64,000 bases of DNA from Bacteroidales bacterium UBA2198. GTDB lineage: Bacteria; Bacteroidota; Bacteroidia; Bacteroidales; VadinHA17. The position numbers and the translations under genes were made by a program. Shown here piece by piece: positions 55,260 to 63,034 of this stretch. The stretch lies in NCBI GenBank assembly GCA_002328625.1, contig DCVC01000177.1, forward strand, positions 9,816 through 73,815. Reading direction: 5' to 3'. The notes beneath the pieces are model-generated. The model saw only the letters and a list, made by a program, of their open reading frames with translations. It was not told the DNA's origin and searched no databases. Numbering within the stretch: the first letter of the stretch is position 1; the number at the start of each line of letters is the position of its first letter.

Positions 55260-56093
55260 TCAATTCCCTTCTTTAAAATAATTGTTCATGAAAAGCATCT
55301 GGTACTGTAAAGCATTGTCCCAGTAAGACCAGGAATGTTCTCCGGGCCGGGAGATAAAATCATGTGGTATATTCATCAGTAATAATTTTTCATGTAGTTT
55401 TTGGTTAATGGGATAAAAAAAATCGGCAATGCCACAATCAATGATCAGAGCTAACGACCCCGGGGTTAACAAATGAGTGAGATTAATGACACTATTTTGT
55501 TCCCATCTTTCCGGATATTCCGCATAGTTGCCAAGTCTTTTTGAAATATCCCAGTTATCCGGGAAGGGTCGCAGATCTACCCCGCCACTCATACTGCCTG
55601 CAGCTCCGAAAACATCCTGATGTCTGAATGCCAGATACAAAGCGCCATGTCCACCCATGCTTAACCCGGTTATAGCTCTCCCGTCAGGATTATTAATAGT
55701 CTTATAATGTTCGTCAATCCACTTAATTAATTCACCGGAGACATAAGTTTCATATTTAAAAGAAGAATCTACCGGGCTGTCAAAGTACCAGCTGGTAGTG
55801 TTACCATCAGGGCAAACAATGAGCAGATGGTACAAATCTGCGTATTGAACAATATTGGGAACCGTTTTTATCCAATCAGTACAATTTCCGCCGGCTCCAT
55901 GCAATAAATAAACAACAGGGTATGTTTGTTTCAATGAATAATCATCTGGTTTAATAATTACAGCTTTGACACTTTTTTTCATGCATATACTGTATGTCAA
56001 CACGGTATCCACGGTGGATGCCATTGCCTCGGATGCAAAGAAGAAAAGAATCACGATGTTAAGAACTGTTTTAACCTTGCTTGGTTTTTTCAT
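55260..56093 (-). CDS. esterase (esterase D / CE1-like putative esterase family)
   Basis: YPVVYLLHGAGGNCTDW, nucleophile GLSMGGHGAL, late HSW. Confidence 0.8.
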   Translation of the reverse strand: MKKPSKVKTVLNIVILFFFASEAMASTVDTVLTYSICMKKSVKAVIIKPDDYSLKQTYPVVYLLHGAGGNCTDWIKTVPNIVQYADLYHLLIVCPDGNTTSWYFDSPVDSSFKYETYVSGELIKWIDEHYKTINNPDGRAITGLSMGGHGALYLAFRHQDVFGAAGSMSGGVDLRPFPDNWDISKRLGNYAEYPERWEQNSVINLTHLLTPGSLALIIDCGIADFFYPINQKLHEKLLLMNIPHDFISRPGEHSWSYWDNALQYQMLFMNNYFKEGN

Positions 56094-56115
56094 TTCAAAT
56101 TCATTTTTTTTCTTA

Positions 56116-56871
56116 TTATTCTTTATTTTCCGGTTGCAAATAATACCGATTGGTCAGATCAATACATATTAACTTGTCCCCTCCGCGGGTTGTAGTAATT
56201 AATATAACCCCATTGGCTCCTCTTGAACCATAAATTGAAGATGAAGCATCCTTTAATATCTCAATTGATTTAACCTGAGATGGATTTACATCATCTATCC
56301 GGTCTATAACGATACCATCCAGCACAAAAAGGGGTGCTGTGTCTCTATTGGAAGAAATACCCCTTATGCGGATTATGTTACCTTTTACCGACACCCCTGG
56401 TACTTCACCTGCAATCATGTCAAAAATATTACTGTATGACTTATACCTGTTTTTTTGCCCTTCAATTCTGGACACTGAAGTTGAAAGGTCATCTTTTCTG
56501 ATTTTACCATAGCCAACATCCACCATTTCACTCTCCTTATATAAAGGCTCATTAGTTTTGTTACTGGATCCGTCAAAAATAAAATTGACAATGTTTTTCC
56601 CATTTATATCCATCTCTTTGACTCCGTCAAAAAGAGAAACTGCCAATATTTTTTTTGCAGCGGGATTGACTCTGACATGGTACCTCCCTCTTGAATCAGT
56701 AATCACATTTGTTTTTATCGAATCTACAAATATGAAAACCCCTTCAACAGGTGTCATGTTAGAGTTGACAACTGTACCTGTAATTTTTATTTTCTTACCG
56801 GATTCCCGGGCAAAATTTACCTGAACCGAACCGAATAAGATAAGTAATCCCAAAGCTATCTTCCATCGCAT
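56116..56871 (-). CDS. SusC/TonB-dependent-receptor N-terminal fragment (CarboxypepD_reg plus plug only, no beta-barrel)
   Basis: KITGTVVNSNMTPVEGVFIFV (CarboxypepD_reg), VDVGYGKIRKDDLSTSVS, PLFVLDGIVI, IEILKDASSSIYGSRGANGVILITTTRGG. A stop follows about 20 aa later, so the protein is 251 aa against roughly 1000 aa for SusC. Confidence 0.75.
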   Translation of the reverse strand: MRWKIALGLLILFGSVQVNFARESGKKIKITGTVVNSNMTPVEGVFIFVDSIKTNVITDSRGRYHVRVNPAAKKILAVSLFDGVKEMDINGKNIVNFIFDGSSNKTNEPLYKESEMVDVGYGKIRKDDLSTSVSRIEGQKNRYKSYSNIFDMIAGEVPGVSVKGNIIRIRGISSNRDTAPLFVLDGIVIDRIDDVNPSQVKSIEILKDASSSIYGSRGANGVILITTTRGGDKLICIDLTNRYYLQPENKE

Positions 56872-56881
56872 GTTATACCTG

Positions 56882-59113
56882 TTAAAATTCCAACACGATC
56901 ACTGAGTCAAACTTATCGGGCATTTTATCTGGCAGTGATAACTCCAGTCCTGTCGGAGATAATTTGCCTGACACCTCTATATTATTATTCAATGTATATG
57001 CCCGGTTTGCTTCTTTGGTGAGATTTCCTACCACTAACCTGCCATCAACGGGCCAGTCAAATATATGTAAGTACAGTTTATTACCTTTTGCTGTTATTCG
57101 TCCCCATAGTGGTTGAGGTAAGTCGGATGCATAGCAGCCATATATACTTTCATTCATGATTATCATCCAGTTACCGATAGAATCCAGCCTTGATTCATAA
57201 TCTTTTGTGACGACACCCTGCGGATCAGGCCCGATATTGAGCAGGAAATTTCCGCCTTTACTCACTATGTCCACGAGGTGATGTATTGTAGAGGCGGTAC
57301 TTTTCCAATGGTCATCTGATGAAAAACCCCAACTGCGGTTCATGGTCATGCATGTTTCCCATGGCCGTATGATTGTGCTACCGGGGATATTTTGCTCAAA
57401 CACACCGTAATCGCCCATGCCCGGCTGCCAGGCAATCCTGTCGTTTATCAGAACATCGGGCTGCAAACGTCTCATTTCATCAATCATTTCCTGTATCCTG
57501 CCCTTCTTCTGGTCCACGATATCCTGCCCGTCAAACCACATGACTGCAACAGGGCCATAATTTGTCAGCAACTCTCTGATCTGTCCCTTCATGTAATCAA
57601 GGTAACGGTTCATATCGGCACCTTCCGCCTCAGTGAGGCGGGGATCGTGTTCTTTTGTCAAAGGTATATTTTTAGCGCAGGCGCCGCATCCGCAATCCAT
57701 CACTTCACCACCGGTCCAGTTCACGGGGAATGCATACCAGCCTCCATAATGAGGACCCGGCGCATTCAAATGCTCATAGTGCAACACGAAATCTGGATGA
57801 TGCCAGTCGCGTACCGAATAATAAAAACCAAGTTTAATTCCCTGCTTACTGCATTCATCGGCAAGTTCCTTTATCGGGTCCCTGTTATATCCTCCCCATT
57901 TTACAATGTTAAAATCTGTAAGTTTGGTATCCCACATACAAAATCCATCGTGGTGCTTAGTTGTAATAACCAGGTATTTCATTCCGGCATTTTTAGCAAG
58001 GCTTACAATCTTTGCCGCATCAAAATCATCAGGTTTAAATGTTCTGGCTAATTGTTCAAAACCGGTATAACTCATTCTTTTTGAATGTACCGACTCGCCT
58101 TGTAACTCTGGTAAGGCATAAACACCCCAATGTACAAACATTCCAAAACGAGCATCGGTAAACCATTTCGTAGGGTTCATATCATTACTTTCAGACTGCC
58201 ATACCCGTACCCAATCGACGTACATAGGCCATTCCGTATCGCTGCCCAGGATTAACAACATACCCTCCGGATCGGTATCAAGAATAGAATATACCCCTGC
58301 AGGAGTAGGCGTGATTGTGCCATTGGCCAAAGGGTCAGGTGGTGCAGTGGCAGAATAAGTCTGCGTCATTAAAGGTTTATCATCGAAATACCAGGTAATC
58401 TTTCCCTGAGTCCACAAACAACCGTATGTATGCCATTGGTTAAAATCTGTATTCTTTGGAAGCGGCTGCCAGTTATTTTTATTCTGGTAATGTGTTTTTG
58501 AGCTATCGGCCCAATCATGGACAGTTCCAACAAAACTTCCATCATAATCATGATGACCACCCGTGTATGCCTCGAAAAAATCAAGCTCTGCCCAATGATC
58601 CATATTATTCACTCTGCTATGGTAAGTTGAAAGGGCCCACCAGGCAGGAAATCCTTGTCCTTTTTTTCCCAGCGTGGGATCAAACCGAATTCTGGCTTCA
58701 AAATACCCATATTTGAAGGAATGACCTACATTTCCCCTGCTTGAGAATGAAGAAAGTGTCCAGTTTCCTGTATAATAACCACTATTAGAAACTGATAGGA
58801 CGGAATTTGATACGCTATATGCTGAAGACAGGGTACTTTTGTCTCCCCAAATCGCCGGATCAACATACCAGTTGAAGCCCGACTTCTTGGAAGAGTTAAC
58901 ATCAATCGTATTAATTGAATCAAAATCATCATTAAACGTGAGCTTTTTGTAGCCTGCCTGAACAGCTTGTGGTGGAACAGTAATTCCTTTAACAGGCGTT
59001 GATGAACCGGGAATAAACCTTTTATCATTTTGTGATTGTGCAAAACTGTTTACAATGAACACAAACAATAAAAAAAACGTGAAATATACTTTTTTCTCAT
59101 TTTTCATTTTCAT
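56882..59113 (-). CDS. fusion protein: GH16-like beta-jelly-roll (N-terminal) plus GH29 alpha-L-fucosidase (C-terminal)
   Basis: N-terminal half: YGYFEARIRF, GFPAWW, WAELDFFEAY (ExDxxE). C-terminal half: RFGMFVHWGVYALP, KYLVITTKHHDGFCMWDT, GGNFLLNIGP. Linker around 58160..58200. Confidence 0.8.
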   Translation of the reverse strand: MKMKNEKKVYFTFFLLFVFIVNSFAQSQNDKRFIPGSSTPVKGITVPPQAVQAGYKKLTFNDDFDSINTIDVNSSKKSGFNWYVDPAIWGDKSTLSSAYSVSNSVLSVSNSGYYTGNWTLSSFSSRGNVGHSFKYGYFEARIRFDPTLGKKGQGFPAWWALSTYHSRVNNMDHWAELDFFEAYTGGHHDYDGSFVGTVHDWADSSKTHYQNKNNWQPLPKNTDFNQWHTYGCLWTQGKITWYFDDKPLMTQTYSATAPPDPLANGTITPTPAGVYSILDTDPEGMLLILGSDTEWPMYVDWVRVWQSESNDMNPTKWFTDARFGMFVHWGVYALPELQGESVHSKRMSYTGFEQLARTFKPDDFDAAKIVSLAKNAGMKYLVITTKHHDGFCMWDTKLTDFNIVKWGGYNRDPIKELADECSKQGIKLGFYYSVRDWHHPDFVLHYEHLNAPGPHYGGWYAFPVNWTGGEVMDCGCGACAKNIPLTKEHDPRLTEAEGADMNRYLDYMKGQIRELLTNYGPVAVMWFDGQDIVDQKKGRIQEMIDEMRRLQPDVLINDRIAWQPGMGDYGVFEQNIPGSTIIRPWETCMTMNRSWGFSSDDHWKSTASTIHHLVDIVSKGGNFLLNIGPDPQGVVTKDYESRLDSIGNWMIIMNESIYGCYASDLPQPLWGRITAKGNKLYLHIFDWPVDGRLVVGNLTKEANRAYTLNNNIEVSGKLSPTGLELSLPDKMPDKFDSVIVLEF

Positions 59114-59245
59114 CCATATTTGAATTAAATATTATGATTATTCAAATTATTGATTTTTGTGTTAAACAATTCTAATATAATTTGTTTAAGATCCATTTTG
59201 AAATAAATTAATCAAGTCTATGTCGGTTTTAAATTTTCAGTATTT

Positions 59246-60178
59246 CTACTTTTTCTTCTCCGCCTGCCATACCCGTACCCAGTCAACATAAATGGGCCAC
59301 TCCGGATCGCTCCCCAAAATAAGTAACATACCCTGTGGATCCGTATCGAGAATGGAAAAGGTTCCAGCAGGTGCAGGATCGGGAGAGCCGGAACCTGCAT
59401 TAGGCAATGGATCAGGTGGGGCTGTGGCCGAATAGTTTTGAGTCATCAGGGCAACACCATCAAAATACCACGTTACCTTACCTGGCATCCACAAACAACC
59501 ATAAGTATGCCATTGATTAAAATCCGTCCCTTCAGGTAATAATTGTACATTATTAGCATTCTGATAGTGTATTTTTGAACTATCGGCCCAATCATGAACG
59601 GTTCCAACAAATGCCCCATTATAATCACTATAACCGTTGGTATATGCCTCAAAGAAATCAAGTTCAGCCCAGTGTTTGCTATGGAACATTTTATTCACCC
59701 TGCTATAGTATGTCGAAAGAGTCCACCATGCGGGAAAGCCCTTTGATACCTTGCCCAATGTAGGATCAAACCGGAACCTGGCTTCAAAATAACCGTATCT
59801 GAACGTGTGGCCGAAATCGTTATTAATGCAATAAGAGGAAATCGCCCAGTTATAGTTCCTGGGACATTTTGTCAGGTTAAGTACTGAATTTGAGACACTT
59901 AACGCAGAAGGTAAAGTATTGGGGCCACCAAAAGGAAGGCCAACATACCAGTTATACCCTGGTTCTTCAGTAGCGTTTATATCTATGGAATTTATGGAGT
60001 CGAAATCATCATTGAAAACAAGCGCCTTATATCCTGCTTCAACCGCCTGTAGTGGAAGAGTAATGTTTTTTACAGGAGTTGAAGTTCCTGAAATTACAAT
60101 GTTTTCCTTATTAGATTGTGAGAATGCACTTATCATGAATACCCATGATAAAAAAACGACAATGAAATACTTCATCAT
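59246..60178 (-). CDS. GH16-like secreted protein (paralog B)
   Basis: YGYFEARFRF, GFPAWW, WAELDFFEAY, WHTYGCLW. Signal peptide from MMKYF. Confidence 0.75.
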   Translation of the reverse strand: MMKYFIVVFLSWVFMISAFSQSNKENIVISGTSTPVKNITLPLQAVEAGYKALVFNDDFDSINSIDINATEEPGYNWYVGLPFGGPNTLPSALSVSNSVLNLTKCPRNYNWAISSYCINNDFGHTFRYGYFEARFRFDPTLGKVSKGFPAWWTLSTYYSRVNKMFHSKHWAELDFFEAYTNGYSDYNGAFVGTVHDWADSSKIHYQNANNVQLLPEGTDFNQWHTYGCLWMPGKVTWYFDGVALMTQNYSATAPPDPLPNAGSGSPDPAPAGTFSILDTDPQGMLLILGSDPEWPIYVDWVRVWQAEKKK

Positions 60179-60304
60179 TTCCTTTTTGACTAATGTATAA
60201 TCAAATATGAACCTTCCTTTCATTTTACATAAATTAAGAGATAAAAATTATATTAACCACCTATTTATTACCAACACCTCAGAATCCGCAGGAATTTTCG
60301 GGGG

Positions 60305-61930
60305 TTACTGTTGCCATACCTGTACATAATCAACATCCATTGGCCATCCCGGACTGCTTCCCAATATCAGCAACATACCCATAGGATCTGTATCAAGAAT
60401 ATTAAAAACTCCTACCTGATTTGATAATCCGGACCCATTAGCCTGCGGATATGGCAGTCCAATTGATGAATAATACTGTGTCATCAGAGCAACACCATCA
60501 AGGTACCAGGTAACTCTGCCAGGTATCCATAGACAGCCATAGGTATGCCACTGATCATCTATTCCTGTTCCCGAAATCCAATTGTTACTATTCTGATAAT
60601 GCACAGCAGAGTTACTTCTCCAATCATGCACAGTTCCTATAAATGCCCCACTGTAAGAAGCATAACCACCGGTATAGGCTTCAAAAAAATCAAGCTCGGC
60701 CCAGATAGTCGGATAATTTTGTACACTGTGCTTAACTGAAAATGACCACCAGGCCGGAAATCCCCGAGATTGAAGCCCTAAAGTCGGATCAAATTTTATA
60801 CGGGCCTCAAAATATCCGTAATGAAACGCGTTACCGACATTCCCTTGCGAAGAATAGGAAGAAAGAGCCCAATTTGCTGTCCAGCCGGTACTTGTCATTG
60901 TGATAACGCCGTCAGAAATACTGTAGTCCGAAGGGAGCGTTCTGCTGCCTCCGAATGGAAGATCGGTGTACCAGTTATAGCCTGCTTGTTTCGTAGTATT
61001 TACATCAATTGTGCTTAGCGAATTGAAGTCATCATTAAAAGTTAGTCTGTTATATCCAACCGATGCAGCAGGTAACGGAACATCAGGAGAAGGTTGAGAA
61101 ACAACTGTCAGCTCGAGGTTCAAGGTGCCCGTACCGTAAGAGTTGATAGCGCTCAGCGATATATTGTAATTACCTGAAGACGCGAGCGTACCGCTGATAA
61201 GGCCTGTGCCAGTATTAACACTTAAACCTGAAGGAAGCTCGGTTGCGTTGAAACTTGTTGGATTGTTTTTGGCTAAAATCAGGTAGCTGAATGCAATGCC
61301 TACAGAGGCGCTGGCATTCGCGGCGCTTGTTATGGCCGGAGGCAATCCTGCAATGGTCAGTTTAAGGTTCATGGTTCCTGTACCAATCGAATTGGCAGCC
61401 CTCAGTCCAACCGTGAATGTGCCAGCAGCAGTTGGCGTACCGCTAATAAGACCGGTGCCAGTATCAAGGCTAAAACTTGAAGGAAGATCCTCAACACTGT
61501 AACTCGTGGGATTGTTCCTTGCTATAATCTGGTAACTGAATGCTGTTCCCACGGTGCCGCTGGCCGTTGAAGCGCTTGTAATCTCCGGTGCCAATCCGAT
61601 TACGATCAGATTAAGGTTCTTGATGCCTGTGCCGATCGAATTGGTGGCGCTCAGTTCAACCGTGAAAGTGCCAGCAGTTGTTAGCATACCGTTGATAAGA
61701 CCAGTGTTAGTATTAACACTCACTCCTGAAGGAAGCCCTGTAGCATTGTAACTCGTTGGATCATTTGTGGCCAGAATCTGGTAACTGAACTCTGTTCCCA
61801 TAGTGTCACTTACAGTTGTCTTGCTTATAACCACCGGCGGATCTAATTTTTTACAATTGCTTACAAACAATGTAACCGCTCCTATGATTGCTATTAAGGA
61901 TAAATTGAAGATCCAGGATTTTTTTTTCAT
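60305..61930 (-). CDS. lipoprotein with three Ig-like (He_PIG-type) repeats plus a GH16-like domain (paralog C)
   Basis: Signal with Cys (LFVSNC). Three 83-aa repeats (..FSYQI.A.N.PTS....LPSG.S.NT.TGLI.G....G.......A.NS.GTG...L.L.V). C-terminus YGYFEARIKF, WAELDFFEAY. Confidence 0.75.
   Translation of the reverse strand: MKKKSWIFNLSLIAIIGAVTLFVSNCKKLDPPVVISKTTVSDTMGTEFSYQILATNDPTSYNATGLPSGVSVNTNTGLINGMLTTAGTFTVELSATNSIGTGIKNLNLIVIGLAPEITSASTASGTVGTAFSYQIIARNNPTSYSVEDLPSSFSLDTGTGLISGTPTAAGTFTVGLRAANSIGTGTMNLKLTIAGLPPAITSAANASASVGIAFSYLILAKNNPTSFNATELPSGLSVNTGTGLISGTLASSGNYNISLSAINSYGTGTLNLELTVVSQPSPDVPLPAASVGYNRLTFNDDFNSLSTIDVNTTKQAGYNWYTDLPFGGSRTLPSDYSISDGVITMTSTGWTANWALSSYSSQGNVGNAFHYGYFEARIKFDPTLGLQSRGFPAWWSFSVKHSVQNYPTIWAELDFFEAYTGGYASYSGAFIGTVHDWRSNSAVHYQNSNNWISGTGIDDQWHTYGCLWIPGRVTWYLDGVALMTQYYSSIGLPYPQANGSGLSNQVGVFNILDTDPMGMLLILGSSPGWPMDVDYVQVWQQ
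61097..61843 (-). repeat. three tandem 249-nt coding repeats (Ig-like modules)
   Basis: FSY anchors at aa 48, 131 and 214 give an 83-aa period. The repeat also shows up as similar shadow ORFs at 61296..61502 and 61554..61751. Confidence 0.8.
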
Positions 61931-62021
61931 GATTATTGTTTTAATTGTTCTTAAAATTACTATTAGAGGTGAACTCTCACTATTTTTAAATTGAAACCAT
62001 CTTTATTTCAGTTTTATATTT

Positions 62022-62948
62022 TCAGAAATTCGTCTTATTCTTCTCATCTTGCCAGACACGCACCCAGTCAACATATATCGGCCATTGAGGATCGCTTCCC
62101 AGAATAAGTAACATGCCCTGTGGATCTGTATCAAGAATGGAGAAGGTGCCTGCAGGTGGAGGAGTAGGAGAGCCAGCACCTGCATTAGGCAGTGGATCAG
62201 GCGGGGCTGTGGCCGAATAGTTTTGTGTCATCAGGGGGACTCCATCAAAATACCAGGTAACCTTACCTGGAACCCACAAACAACCATAAGTATGCCACTG
62301 ATTAAAATCTGTACTTTTAGGCAACGACTGCACATTATTGGCATTCTGGTAATGAATTTTTGAACCATCGGACCAATCATGTACTGTACCAACAAAGGAA
62401 CCGTCATAATCACTATATCCACTGGTATATGCCTCAAAAAAGTCCAATTCGGCCCAGCGTTCAGGGTTATTTATCCTGCTGTGGTAGGTTGAGAAAGCCC
62501 ACCAAGCAGGAAAACCCCGGATATTTTTTCCTAATGTCGGGTCAAACCTGATTCTGGCTTCAAAATATCCATATCTGAATGAATGACCTGTGTTACCTCC
62601 CGGTGAAAAGGATGAAAGCGCCCAATTAGCACTCCACCCGGTACTTGACACTGTAAGAACTGAATTGGAAACACTATAAGCAGAAGGCTCAGTTATTTTG
62701 TTGCGGCGGTCCACATACCACTTGAAGCCCGGTGTTTTGGTAGCATCCACATCTATAGAGTTAATGGAATCAAAATCATCATCGAAAACAAGTGTTTTAT
62801 ACCCTGCTTCGACTGCCGGTGGGGGTGGAGGGATTGACCCTTTCAGTGTTGAAGATCCTGTAATTACAACTTTATCCTTATCAGATTGTGCAAAAGCGCT
62901 TAAAATGAACACCAATGATAAAAAAACAACCATGAAATACTTTATCAT
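62022..62948 (-). CDS. GH16-like secreted protein (paralog D)
   Basis: YGYFEARIRF, GFPAWW, WAELDFFEAY. High identity to paralog B by eye, extending into the 5' leader and 3' flank at the DNA level. Confidence 0.75.
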   Translation of the reverse strand: MIKYFMVVFLSLVFILSAFAQSDKDKVVITGSSTLKGSIPPPPPAVEAGYKTLVFDDDFDSINSIDVDATKTPGFKWYVDRRNKITEPSAYSVSNSVLTVSSTGWSANWALSSFSPGGNTGHSFRYGYFEARIRFDPTLGKNIRGFPAWWAFSTYHSRINNPERWAELDFFEAYTSGYSDYDGSFVGTVHDWSDGSKIHYQNANNVQSLPKSTDFNQWHTYGCLWVPGKVTWYFDGVPLMTQNYSATAPPDPLPNAGAGSPTPPPAGTFSILDTDPQGMLLILGSDPQWPIYVDWVRVWQDEKNKTNF

Positions 62949-63034
62949 TTCCTTTTTGAGAAATGTATAATCAAATAATAATAGCCTTTTCATTTTTATT
63001 TAATCAAGAGTTAATATAATGGAAACCACAATCG

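Noticed and set aside
59218..59400. Two 60-aa minus-strand ORFs (59218..59400 and 62003..62185) whose translations resemble each other (MQVPALPILHLLEPFPFSIRIHRVCYLFW... versus MQVLALLLLHLQAPSPFLIQIHRACYLFW...). This could look like a conserved small protein.
   Set aside because: They are alternative-frame readings of the 3' ends of GH16-like paralogs B and D. The similarity simply reflects the DNA duplication of those genes.
61097..61843. Regularly spaced repeats that might be mistaken for a CRISPR or other non-coding array.
   Set aside because: The period is 249 nt, the copies are imperfect, the region lies in frame within a long ORF and it encodes Ig-like modules. It is not a CRISPR array, and no cas genes or short direct repeats occur anywhere in the window.
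62855..62868. Exact 14-mer ATCCTGTAATTACA from the 41-nt element, found inside the coding region of GH16-like paralog D.
   Set aside because: It encodes the conserved VITGS stretch and lacks the flanking 27 nt of the element. It is probably a coincidence, so I mention it only as a caveat under the element finding.
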